DNA from: Bacteroidales bacterium
GTDB taxonomy: Bacteria > Bacteroidota > Bacteroidia > Bacteroidales > PUMT01
Length of the DNA stretch: 64,000 nucleotides
Assembly (NCBI GenBank): GCA_007125955.1
Contig: SLCF01000031.1
Span: 31,637-95,636 of the forward strand
Direction of reading: 5' to 3'
Shown here one piece after another: positions 8,705 through 18,185 of this stretch (position 1 is the first letter of the stretch; each line of letters starts with the position of its first letter). A model generated the notes under the pieces. That model saw nothing but the letters and a program-made list of their open reading frames with translations, was not told where the DNA came from and did no database searches. A program made the translations under genes and the position numbers.

Positions 8705-11233
8705 CTAAAAAAAGAGCATGTTGGCAAAGAGCATCCTGCCGCTGTACCAGTAACCTCTGAAAAGTGGTGAATCGGACAGGTATATTATATCTCCCCTACC
8801 GATGTTTTCGGTTCCGATAACAAGTGAATGTTCTAACTCCTCCAGCAGGTCTTCACCTGCAAAACCGGCTACATAGCTGCTTTCCCTCAGGGTGCCCACA
8901 TTCCAGCCACCCCGTGGTAAATATGGATAAACCGTGCTGCTGCGTTTCTGGACAAACCATTTATCACCAATACCATATGCAAGAGGGTGCGTCGGATCCA
9001 GGGATACCCTGAATATACTTCCGCTCGTCCTGTTCCTTAATGCCTCAACCCTCCTGTCTTCATATCTTAAAAGCATATCCTCCGGTTCCTTTTCCATTTG
9101 TGCTTCTTCCCTCTGCTTTCTTTCATTCATTTCGGAGACGGCTTTTCCAAGAAGAAGGTCCGTATTCCCTGCAAAAGGTCTCACAGCGCTTTCAAGTGCT
9201 ATGAGCCTGCCTCCTCCCCTTGCAAAACCGAGTAGGCTTTCCATTACTCCCGATCTTATATAGCTGCCTCCGGGAAGGATTACCACATCGAAATCGTCAA
9301 GGTCAACCGACTGAAGATTGTCAGTATCGACAAGGGTAACAGGGTATTTCAGCACCTGCTCAAAATAATACCACAAATCGCCTACTGCCGTAGAGGAGGT
9401 TCCGCTTCCGGCTACAACCATAATATCCGGTTTTCCGATATATCTTACACTCCTAGACCCCAGGTCCCTGCCTTCATCTGACATTCCTGTGGTTGTGGTA
9501 AAAAGCTTTACTGAATGCTCATTGGATGCCCCGGTTATCTTTGTGTCAAAACCGGTAATATGGGTGTTGTCCGGGCGGGTGATCACCAGGGTTCCCCTTT
9601 CAAATTCTCTGCCGGAAATTGAGAAACGTTCGGTTGCATTCCTTACTCTGAAATTCTCCTTAAGGACTTGTGCAAGAAACCCGGCACTTTCCATTCCTTT
9701 CCACTCTACAAGATATGCATAAGGAGGATCGGCAGTCATAATATTTGGCTCGAAAGGGAATTCAACTTTACTTGTGCCGGTTTCAATCCTTTCTCTTACA
9801 GCATATGCCTCCGTTAAGTAAACATAGGGAAGAGACCAGGCAGTAATATCGTATGAAATAGTGTCGCTTGATTCGGTTTCCGGTTCCATAAAAACCTGGA
9901 CAAGGTGAGAATGGGGCTGGTAAGCGCTTATAACAATATCATTCTCATGCAGCTCAAACCGGGTTGAGCTGTTTTCAAGATAGGAGAACCCGCTGTAACT
10001 TCTTCCCGGGTTGAGCGGGTATGCATACTCTATATTGTTTTTAACAAGAAGTTCTGTAAAAGCCCTCAATTTAGAAGGGTTTTCTGAACCCCTGATAACA
10101 TAGCTTTTGTATTCTCCCGGAGGATCCTTGCTGCCCCTGGCAAAAAAAGAGTTGAAGCCTTCCAGAAGCCTTTCCCTCTGCTCATAAGCTGTTCTTATTG
10201 TTGTAATTCCGGCATGGTACTGGTTTTTTACCCTGTCAGCCAGTGTCAGAGTATCACCGGTTGCGAGCTCTACTGCAAGTCCGGCTCTGCCGGATCCTCC
10301 CTGTTCATAAGTAAATCCCATAGCTCCGTTGAAAGTTGGCCATGTATCTCCGTAGGAAGGACTGAAAAGATCAAACGATTCACCTGTCCAGTAAAGCTGG
10401 TTACGGCTGTCAAAATCCTCTGCAAGGTTTCTTCCGAGAATATCCTGAAACTCCCTTTGCCACGCGGATATTACTTCATGCTGGGGCTCGGCTGCAGGAG
10501 GGAAGAAATAGTAGCTGTCTGCTCCCATTTCATGAAAATCTATATGGACATGGGGCATCCACTGACTGTAAAAGCTCAGGCGCTGAACTGTTTCAGTCTG
10601 GGTTTGCCATGGCCAGTCGCGGTTGAGATCATACAAATAGTGATTCGAACGTGTCCCCGGCCAGGGCTGGTTCCTTTGCCATGAATACGGGTGGAGGTTT
10701 ATATCCTTCCCCGCTCTTGAATGATACTGAACAGCATATTTTTCGCGTCCGTCAGGATTAAGGGAGGGGTCAATAACTATTATACAACTGTCAAGCCAGT
10801 TTTCTGTTCCGTCATGTTTCCCCGAAACCAGGGAATAAAGTGTTACCAGGGCAGCTTCAGTAGCTGAAGCCTCATTGCCGTGAATATTGTAACTCAGCCA
10901 TATAACAGGTATCTGAAGGCCGATGTTGCCGTTATCGTCTATTCCTGCAGCAGCAAGATTCGCCAGGCGGATATCTTCCAGACGTTTCATATTATCTTCG
11001 GACGTGACAATAGCTGCAAGCAGGGGTCTTTTTTCCCATGTTTCACCATAGTAGTGCAACTTCACAAGATCAGACCCTGCTGCTGCATGTTCAAAGTATG
11101 AAACCACACTGTTGTGATATGTAAATCTTTCTCCTGGATCGTAGCCCATAAAAGTTGAAGGCGACTGAACTGATTGTGCAAAAAAAGGAGAGAAAATAAA
11201 AAGAAGAGCTGTTTTAAAAATAAATGATTTCAT
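8705..11233 (-). CDS. Secreted M14 zinc carboxypeptidase with C-terminal GATase-like domain
   Basis: IHGNE, NPDG, DLNRDW, DFHEMG motifs. Signal peptide starts at ATG 11233 (alternative start 11266). Confidence 0.85.
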   Translation of the reverse strand: MKSFIFKTALLFIFSPFFAQSVQSPSTFMGYDPGERFTYHNSVVSYFEHAAAGSDLVKLHYYGETWEKRPLLAAIVTSEDNMKRLEDIRLANLAAAGIDDNGNIGLQIPVIWLSYNIHGNEASATEAALVTLYSLVSGKHDGTENWLDSCIIVIDPSLNPDGREKYAVQYHSRAGKDINLHPYSWQRNQPWPGTRSNHYLYDLNRDWPWQTQTETVQRLSFYSQWMPHVHIDFHEMGADSYYFFPPAAEPQHEVISAWQREFQDILGRNLAEDFDSRNQLYWTGESFDLFSPSYGDTWPTFNGAMGFTYEQGGSGRAGLAVELATGDTLTLADRVKNQYHAGITTIRTAYEQRERLLEGFNSFFARGSKDPPGEYKSYVIRGSENPSKLRAFTELLVKNNIEYAYPLNPGRSYSGFSYLENSSTRFELHENDIVISAYQPHSHLVQVFMEPETESSDTISYDITAWSLPYVYLTEAYAVRERIETGTSKVEFPFEPNIMTADPPYAYLVEWKGMESAGFLAQVLKENFRVRNATERFSISGREFERGTLVITRPDNTHITGFDTKITGASNEHSVKLFTTTTGMSDEGRDLGSRSVRYIGKPDIMVVAGSGTSSTAVGDLWYYFEQVLKYPVTLVDTDNLQSVDLDDFDVVILPGGSYIRSGVMESLLGFARGGGRLIALESAVRPFAGNTDLLLGKAVSEMNERKQREEAQMEKEPEDMLLRYEDRRVEALRNRTSGSIFRVSLDPTHPLAYGIGDKWFVQKRSSTVYPYLPRGGWNVGTLRESSYVAGFAGEDLLEELEHSLVIGTENIGRGDIIYLSDSPLFRGYWYSGRMLFANMLFF

Positions 11234-11373
11234 GGTTTTCTGAATATTAACTGACTCAAACCTCATAGTCCCGTCATTAAATTATCAGGGGGTTGAAGCA
11301 CGGCCGTATTAGACAATTGTTCCAATGCAGTGTAAAAATATTTTTTTATTTGATTTCCTGCTAAAAAAATCGT

Positions 11374-14300
11374 CTATTTTTCATCTTCTGAATTAACGGA
11401 GGTGTGTTGCGACTTAGCGCTGCGGATAAGAAAATGGAGCCTGTTCATAACATTAACTCTTGTTGTCCCGGCATCAAAATCAAGATAAAGCAGATTCATT
11501 GAGGGATAAAGATCCCTTATCCTTTTTTCCACACCTTTGGCAATTATGTGATTCGCAATGCATCCAAAAGGCTGCATGCACACAACATGGTTGATTTCCT
11601 CCATTGCAAAACCTGATATTTCAGCCGGTATAAGCCATCCTTCACCAAACTGGTTTGCCAGGTCAACTATACGGGAGGCCTTTTCGGCCTCATCACGAAT
11701 ACTGTACAGCGGACGGTAAAACCTGTAATTCCGCATTACTTTTTCACTTGATTTAATCATTCTGTTTGCAAGCCACTCGGTGAATTCAGCAGAAATATCA
11801 AAATACCTGCCGTAGATCAGGTTCTTTTTAATATTAACCTTTCTGTTGACAAAACCCTGTATCATGAAATCCATCAGCGGAGGAACAACCACCTCAATAC
11901 CGTTTTCTGTGAGCCACCTTACAAGGTCATAATGGCCGTAGGAGTTATATTTCACATATATTTCACCAACAATACCTATTTTTGGCAAAGGGGAAGTATC
12001 GACCGGCAAACTGTTGAATGCATTAACAGCTTCTTTTTGTAAAACAAGCAATCCCTTGTGGTTTTCAGATTCAATTAAAGGAATAGCGGAGTCAATGAAA
12101 CTGTTTACCAGTTGCCGGGCAGCCCCCTTCTCCTTTTCCCTTGATACTGTTGAGTAATACATGGAAGAAAGAGAGTCGGCATAAAGAAGTGAAGCAAAAG
12201 TGATCCTTGCAAGTTTTTTCCAGTCAATTTCAAAGCCGGGCTGCTGATTGAGTGCATCATCTGATCCGGAGATTGAAACAACAGGCACCTCAGCAAAACC
12301 TGCCTCCTTAATTGCCCTTTTTATTAAATTTATATAACTGGTTGCCCTGCACTGGCCTCCGGTCTGCGTTATCCCCACAGCAATCCTGTTCCTGTCGTAT
12401 TTACCCGACTTAAGGGCTTTTACAATATCTCCCACAACAAGCGTAGCAGGATAACATATCTCATTGTTGGCATATGTGAGTCCGATATCTGCTGAAACGT
12501 GGTCTGACGGCGGAAGATTCACAAATCGGTAACCTGCAACCTTTGCCAGAGGGGGAATAAAGGGTGAATAAAAATCGGAAAACCATGGTGCCAGGATTGT
12601 CCTGTCCCGGTCATTTACAGTAAAGGGTTTGTTTTTTAAGTTGTCGCCAGCAACTGCTTTGCTTTGCCTTCCCTGAAGCCTGATTGATTCGACAAGCGAG
12701 CGAATCCTGAGGCGCAGAGATCCCGGGCTTGTAATGTCGTCTATACGGAGAAGAGTGTAGTTCTTCCCTTTTTTCCTGAGGATCTCCGATATCTTTTCGG
12801 TCACAAAGCTGTCAGGTCCGCAACCAAAACTGTTCAGCTGCACAAAGTGTGCATTTGAAGGCATTTCTGCCACTGCAGCGGCAGCCGAAATTATCCTGTT
12901 TGTATAAGCCCATTGACAAACACCATAACCGGCTGAAAAAACCGGATCTGCCGGGTCTGCCAAATGCTCTTCGCTTATTATATCCACATCCATTGAAGAA
13001 AAGATCCCGGAAATTTTGTGCTGAATATAGGGATCGGCATGATAAGGCCTGCCCGCGAGAACAACAATCATCCTGCCTTTTTTCATCGCAGAAAAAAGAG
13101 CCTCCCTGCCAGCAGTGAGGAGCTTCTCATTTACTTTTCTGCTCTCTCTCAAAGCCCTTTCAAAAGCAGTGGCAAACATGCTGCCCTTAACACCCAGTGA
13201 TCTTAAATATTCACGGCACGCCTTTCTGAGCAGTGGAATATCCCTGAATGAGACAACCGGTGCATCAAGCGGTATCGCATGGTTAAGATATGGATTTACT
13301 GAGCTTTTGAGGACTTCAGCGTAACCTGATACGACCGGACAGTTGAAACTATTATCAGCACTGCCGAACTGCTCCTCTTCATATACCACCACAGGAAAGA
13401 ATATCCTGTCAACCTTTCTTTCTGCTAGGCTCACCACATGACCATGCGCCATTTTTGCAGGAAAGCATATATTGTCTGACATCACGGTAACCGCCCCTTT
13501 CCTGTACATATCGTATGTTGAATGCCCTGAGAGTACCACCCTGAACCCGCACCCTTCTAACAATGACTTCCAGAATGGGAAGTTGGAGTACATATTGAGA
13601 ACCCTCGGAACACCAATTGATAAAGCTTTTTGGGCACCTTCATCAACTCTTCGTTCCGTTTTCACTGAGTCCGGAAGAGGTTTCCGCCGCCCCTGTGAAG
13701 TTTCTCCGGCACCATCTTGACTCCCGAAGAGAGTCCGGTATTTATACTCATAATAATTGAAACCGGTTTCCCCTGATGTTCCCTTGTTGTGAAATATCTT
13801 TTCACATTTGTTGCCGGAAAAGTACCTGTTCCCGTTGCGAAACAAAAATTGGGTCACCACACAATGGTTTGTGCATCCCTTACAGCTTATCCTTTTTTCA
13901 GCTTCAAGGTCAATGCCGGTGTCAGGCAAACTGAAAACCTTTCCCGTTCCGTCTTTCATATAACGTTCCCTGGCGTATAAAGCAGCGCCAAAAGAACCCA
14001 TAAGCTCCGGCTGTGCCGGACATGTAACCTTTTTCCCGGTCAGCTGCTGAAGAGCCCTCAATATTGCGGGATTACGGAATGCTCCGCCCTGGGCCACAAT
14101 ATTGGGCCCGAGGTCATCCATTCTGCTTAATTTAAGCACTTTGAAAAGGCAGTTCCGGATAACCGAATATGCAAGTCCTGCAGAAATATCACCGGGAGAG
14201 GCACCTTCCCTGAATGCCTGCTTAACACGTGAATTCATGAAAACCGTGCATCTTGTTCCAAGTTCGGAAGGCTCTGAGGAGTAACAGGCAAGACCGGCAA

Positions 14301-15720
14301 AATCACTTACATTATAACCCAGCGCTGTGGCGAATCCTTCAATAAATGAACCGCAACCTGATGAACAAGCTTCATTTATCTCAATTTTACTAATCCTGCC
14401 CTCTTCAACAAATATAGCTTTCATATCCTGGCCCCCTATATCAAGAACAAATGAGACCTTTTCATCCATACTTATTGCAGCCCTGTAATGAGCAAGTGTT
14501 TCAACTATCCCGTGATCAACATCAAGTGCGGCTTTTAAGAGCTCTTCCCCGTAGCCCGTAACAGCACTACCCCTGATTGAAACATCTGCACCTTTTTCCC
14601 TTATCAGACTGTGGAACTCCGATAGTCCGCGTACAACAGTGTTGAGCGGACTGCCGTTGTTATTGCTGTAAAAATCAAACAGCAACTCATCTTTTTCAGT
14701 AACAACCGTTATTTTTGTAGTGGAGGAACCGGAATCTATACCGAGAAATGCATTAACGGCTTTTCCCTTTTCAAATCCGTACTTTTTAAACGATGATGTG
14801 TAATTTCTCCTTTTCCACTCTTCAAACTCCCCACTCTCTGCAAAAAGAGGTGTGAGACTGCTGTTTTCTTTGTCTGATAAATTATGCGGACGGACAAGCA
14901 ATTCGGCAAGTTGTGACAACTTCATGCAAACATTGCCTCCGGCATTTAAGGCGGCGCCAATAGCAGGAATGAACTGTGCATTTGGCGGAACTGTCATATC
15001 TGACTGCTCTTGTTTCAGTACTTCGGCAAAAACAGCCGGAAGTGACTTTATGAATGTCATTGGCCCACCGGTAAGAAGATAAGGAGGTTTTGCAGTTTTT
15101 CCCCTTGAAAGGGATGTGACAGACTGCAAAGCGACTGCATGAAAAACTGACGCGGCAATGTCGGTCAGCGGTATACGGCGGCTTATAAGGTTCTGAACAT
15201 CGGTCTTTGCAAATACCCCGCATCTTGATGCAATCGGGTAAACAGTTGTGGATTTTTGTGCAAGCTCATCCATCTCTTCAATTGAAACCCCGAGCAGTGA
15301 AGCCATCTGGTCTATGAATGAGCCTGTGCCTCCAGCACAGTTTCCGTTCATCCGAATATCAGGGCCTCTCCTGGAGTGGAAAAATATCATTTTTGAATCC
15401 TCTCCTCCCAAATCCAGTAAAACAGATGTCCCGGGGTAATACTTCTCACAATATGAGGCAGAAGCAACAACTTCCTGCATAAAAGGGATGTTGAAAGTTT
15501 CAGACAATCCCATTCCGGCAGATCCTGTCATATTGGGCCGGATTTTCATGTCACCCAATATTGAAACTGCTTCATGAAGAAGCGACACCAGGGTCTCCCT
15601 TATCAGTGAATTATGCCTTCTGTAACCCTTGTAAACAATATCACCGTTATTACCGGTAACAACCAGCTTAACAGTGGTTGATCCGGCATCAATTCCGGCC
15701 TTTAGATGATGATTATTCAT
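11374..15720 (-). CDS. Four-domain ASKHA activase/reductase fusion, PlsA/Ger-like (acyl-CoA dehydratase activase family)
   Basis: Two activase domains (DAGSTT/DLGGEDSK/NGNCAGGTG/SRCGVF; DSGSSTTK/DIGGQDMK/NEACSSGCG/TRCTVF), a CKGCTNHC linker, and two reductase-like domains (ICFPAK, SFGCGPD; EICYPA, GGQCRA, QPFGCIANH). Confidence 0.85.
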   Translation of the reverse strand: MNNHHLKAGIDAGSTTVKLVVTGNNGDIVYKGYRRHNSLIRETLVSLLHEAVSILGDMKIRPNMTGSAGMGLSETFNIPFMQEVVASASYCEKYYPGTSVLLDLGGEDSKMIFFHSRRGPDIRMNGNCAGGTGSFIDQMASLLGVSIEEMDELAQKSTTVYPIASRCGVFAKTDVQNLISRRIPLTDIAASVFHAVALQSVTSLSRGKTAKPPYLLTGGPMTFIKSLPAVFAEVLKQEQSDMTVPPNAQFIPAIGAALNAGGNVCMKLSQLAELLVRPHNLSDKENSSLTPLFAESGEFEEWKRRNYTSSFKKYGFEKGKAVNAFLGIDSGSSTTKITVVTEKDELLFDFYSNNNGSPLNTVVRGLSEFHSLIREKGADVSIRGSAVTGYGEELLKAALDVDHGIVETLAHYRAAISMDEKVSFVLDIGGQDMKAIFVEEGRISKIEINEACSSGCGSFIEGFATALGYNVSDFAGLACYSSEPSELGTRCTVFMNSRVKQAFREGASPGDISAGLAYSVIRNCLFKVLKLSRMDDLGPNIVAQGGAFRNPAILRALQQLTGKKVTCPAQPELMGSFGAALYARERYMKDGTGKVFSLPDTGIDLEAEKRISCKGCTNHCVVTQFLFRNGNRYFSGNKCEKIFHNKGTSGETGFNYYEYKYRTLFGSQDGAGETSQGRRKPLPDSVKTERRVDEGAQKALSIGVPRVLNMYSNFPFWKSLLEGCGFRVVLSGHSTYDMYRKGAVTVMSDNICFPAKMAHGHVVSLAERKVDRIFFPVVVYEEEQFGSADNSFNCPVVSGYAEVLKSSVNPYLNHAIPLDAPVVSFRDIPLLRKACREYLRSLGVKGSMFATAFERALRESRKVNEKLLTAGREALFSAMKKGRMIVVLAGRPYHADPYIQHKISGIFSSMDVDIISEEHLADPADPVFSAGYGVCQWAYTNRIISAAAAVAEMPSNAHFVQLNSFGCGPDSFVTEKISEILRKKGKNYTLLRIDDITSPGSLRLRIRSLVESIRLQGRQSKAVAGDNLKNKPFTVNDRDRTILAPWFSDFYSPFIPPLAKVAGYRFVNLPPSDHVSADIGLTYANNEICYPATLVVGDIVKALKSGKYDRNRIAVGITQTGGQCRATSYINLIKRAIKEAGFAEVPVVSISGSDDALNQQPGFEIDWKKLARITFASLLYADSLSSMYYSTVSREKEKGAARQLVNSFIDSAIPLIESENHKGLLVLQKEAVNAFNSLPVDTSPLPKIGIVGEIYVKYNSYGHYDLVRWLTENGIEVVVPPLMDFMIQGFVNRKVNIKKNLIYGRYFDISAEFTEWLANRMIKSSEKVMRNYRFYRPLYSIRDEAEKASRIVDLANQFGEGWLIPAEISGFAMEEINHVVCMQPFGCIANHIIAKGVEKRIRDLYPSMNLLYLDFDAGTTRVNVMNRLHFLIRSAKSQHTSVNSEDEK

Positions 15721-15815
15721 TGAAATGAGCTGTTTTTACCTCCGGGTCTGAAACCTGCTCTGAAAAAAAAATTGTCAGTTCGAAGCACCGGAACAACGAA
15801 TAAATGTTATTTTTA

Positions 15816-15823
15816 CAAAATTA
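15816..15823 (-). promoter_or_regulatory. -7 element (TAATTTTG) for the PlsA-like gene
   Basis: Exact TAnnTTTG on the minus strand about 95 nt upstream of the ATG. Confidence 0.45.
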
Positions 15824-15891
15824 TTTTAATTTACTGTATTTATACAGTTAGTATTGAAAAAAAAAGCCTTTTTGCTATTTTTAACTCGTTT

Positions 15892-16170
15892 ATGAACTCA
15901 GTAAAACGCTACAGGATCAAAATAGAAGGAGTGGTTCAGGGAGTTGCTTTCCGCTATTCAGCCCAGAAAGTAGCCGGCAATCTTGGGGTGAGCGGTTTTA
16001 TAAGAAATATGGCTGACGGTTCCGTTTATGCAGAAGCCGAGGCAGAAGAGAAAAAACTCAAAGAATTTACCTTGTGGTGCCGTAAAGGCCCCCGGGCAGC
16101 CAGTGTTGAAAAAACAGATATTGAAGAAATGGAAATTCAGAACAGTAACGGTTTCCATATAGCCGGATAA
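15892..16170 (+). CDS. acyP: Acylphosphatase
   Basis: GVVQGVAFR and GFIRNMADGSV signatures; 92 aa from ATG 15892. Confidence 0.9.
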   Translation: MNSVKRYRIKIEGVVQGVAFRYSAQKVAGNLGVSGFIRNMADGSVYAEAEAEEKKLKEFTLWCRKGPRAASVEKTDIEEMEIQNSNGFHIAG

Positions 16171-16252
16171 GCTGTTAATATCTGATCCGGGTGAAATGCT
16201 CATTAATAAACAGCTATTTCTACTGTAGAAACAGAAACCAACAAATTAAAAC

Positions 16253-17107
16253 ATGAATAGAAATTTAAGATTCCATACCCTTTTTATAACCGCCCTTTTT
16301 CTGCTGGTTTTTCAGGGATGCAGCGAAGCTGCTCCCGACAAACCGTTTTACGGACCTGATAACGGAACACTTGTCATTGCAGGGGGCGGCAAGCTTCCTC
16401 CTGTCATTTTTGAAAGGTTTGCAGAACTGGCAGGTGGTTTTGATGCCGGAATAGTTATCATCCCCACTGCAGGTAGTCCTGACAATATCGACACTTCCCG
16501 GGTGAGGGAAAAATGGGAAAATGCAGGTTTCACAAATATTACAGTACTACATACAACCGATCCTGAAGAGGCAGGCAAAACAGATTTTTACGGCAAGATT
16601 GCAGAGGCTTCCGGTGTATGGTTTGAAGGAGGCAGGCAATGGAGGCTTGTGGATGCCTACTATGGCACTGAAACCTACAACAAACTGCATGAACTGCTTG
16701 ACCGCGGAGGGGTAATAGGGGGTTCTTCAGCCGGTGCCAGTATTCAGGGCTCTTTCCTTGCAAGAGGTGATATGTCCGGCAACACCATCATGATATCAAC
16801 TGATGAAAGGCATCAGAAAGGCTTCGGGTTCATGAAAAACACCGCTATTGACCAGCATATTGATACAAGGGACAGATGGACTGATATTCAGGAAATAATA
16901 CTTGAGCATCCGGAACTTCTCGGGATAGGTATTTCGGAATCAACTGCAATTGTAGTTAAAGGAGATGAATTTGAAGTTATTGGAGCGGGCGATGTAGCCA
17001 TTACAACAGAGGATATCATTACAGGCAGCGATAATGATAATTTATACCTCGTTCTGTCGCCGGGGGAAAACTTCAATATCAAACTGCTCAGTAATATTTA
17101 CCCCTGA
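16253..17107 (+). CDS. Exported cyanophycinase-like S51 peptidase (probable lipoprotein)
   Basis: Hydrophobic leader ending FQGC; IAGGG, IPTA, FEGGRQ, GGSSAGA (Ser), IDQH (His), GISESTA (Glu). Confidence 0.8.
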   Translation: MNRNLRFHTLFITALFLLVFQGCSEAAPDKPFYGPDNGTLVIAGGGKLPPVIFERFAELAGGFDAGIVIIPTAGSPDNIDTSRVREKWENAGFTNITVLHTTDPEEAGKTDFYGKIAEASGVWFEGGRQWRLVDAYYGTETYNKLHELLDRGGVIGGSSAGASIQGSFLARGDMSGNTIMISTDERHQKGFGFMKNTAIDQHIDTRDRWTDIQEIILEHPELLGIGISESTAIVVKGDEFEVIGAGDVAITTEDIITGSDNDNLYLVLSPGENFNIKLLSNIYP

Positions 17108-17128
17108 TTATATCCTCACTCAGGATAA

Positions 17129-17136
17129 TATATTTG
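17129..17136 (+). promoter_or_regulatory. -7 element (TATATTTG) for the cold-shock gene
   Basis: Exact TAnnTTTG about 130 nt upstream of the csp ATG. Confidence 0.45.
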
Positions 17137-17263
17137 TGCAGAAAAGGTATGTGGCTTTTATCCGGAAGGTGTTATTCCTGTCTTTTTCAATTTTTTTTTA
17201 AAAAAAAGTTGTTAATTTGTAATAACATATATAAATATTTTTTTTAATCTTAATTTTTTTACC

Positions 17264-17464
17264 ATGAAAGGCAAAGTTAAATGGTTTGATTCAGCCAAAG
17301 GTTATGGTTTTATCCATTCAGAAGAAGGGGATGATGTATTTGTCCACTATACGGGAATTGAACATGAAGGCTTCAGGTCTCTTGAAGAGGGTCAGGAAGT
17401 TACGTTTGAAATAATTGATGGCAAGAGAGGCCCTCAGGCAACTGAGGTTAAGCTTGTTGAATAG
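17264..17464 (+). CDS. Cold-shock protein (CspA family)
   Basis: GKVKWFD..KGYGFI and DVFVHY RNP motifs; 66 aa. Confidence 0.97.
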   Translation: MKGKVKWFDSAKGYGFIHSEEGDDVFVHYTGIEHEGFRSLEEGQEVTFEIIDGKRGPQATEVKLVE

Positions 17465-17469
17465 AAAAT

Positions 17470-17534
17470 AAAGTTTGGATAAACTTTTTTAGTTTCTTCA
17501 TAATTAAAAGCTTTGGGTAAACCAAAGCTTTTTT
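17470..17534. terminator. Two consecutive terminator hairpins; the second is probably bidirectional
   Basis: AAAGTTT-GGAT-AAACTTT plus T run (17470-17490). Perfect AAAAGCTTTGG-GTAAA-CCAAAGCTTTT (17506-17532) between convergent genes. Confidence 0.75.
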
Positions 17535-17578
17535 ATTTTAATACCCTTATAATTTTGGGAGTTGCGGTTTGAAATTCA

Positions 17579-18148
17579 TCAGAAAAACAGCCCTATCCGG
17601 AACACAGTCGGAGGATAAAGCGATACACCGTTAATATCCAGCTCAAACAATACAGCCAGGTTCACAAAGCTATTCTCCCCCGTTTGATACCTGAATCCGC
17701 CACCTGCCAGATATACAGGATGCCAGAAACGTCCCCCTTCATCATCACCGCTCCCGAAATGCCGACGCTCAAGGCTGATAAGTTCCGTTTCGGCATGCAG
17801 AAACAGGCCTCCTTGCATACGGAAGGGCAGCAGTTCATCCAGGTTCTCAACCAGAAAGTAATCAACCAGCAACCCTGTACCGTATATGTGTGTGTCGAAC
17901 ATATTAAGAAGTCGCTTGTTCCTGTAAAACTGATATTTTCCGGTCAGGGCAACCCTCAGTTTCGGTGTAAAAACATATCCGGCCATCGGAGTAATGTCGA
18001 ACTGGTTAATATCTCCCATATGAATCCCGATATAACTACCAAAAAAATGTTTTCTGCCGGCTGTTTCATTTCCGGAAGCAACATTGAAGAAAAAGGTTAA
18101 AAAAAGGAAAGAAAGCAATATTTTGCATTTACCGGACACAGTTTTCAT
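17579..18148 (-). CDS. Hypothetical outer-membrane beta-barrel protein
   Basis: Signal peptide, alternating amphipathic strands, C-terminal Phe (FRIGLFF). Confidence 0.55.
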   Translation of the reverse strand: MKTVSGKCKILLSFLFLTFFFNVASGNETAGRKHFFGSYIGIHMGDINQFDITPMAGYVFTPKLRVALTGKYQFYRNKRLLNMFDTHIYGTGLLVDYFLVENLDELLPFRMQGGLFLHAETELISLERRHFGSGDDEGGRFWHPVYLAGGGFRYQTGENSFVNLAVLFELDINGVSLYPPTVFRIGLFF

Positions 18149-18185
18149 TATTGAATCTTTAATTAATTTTTGGTTTATTCCATAC

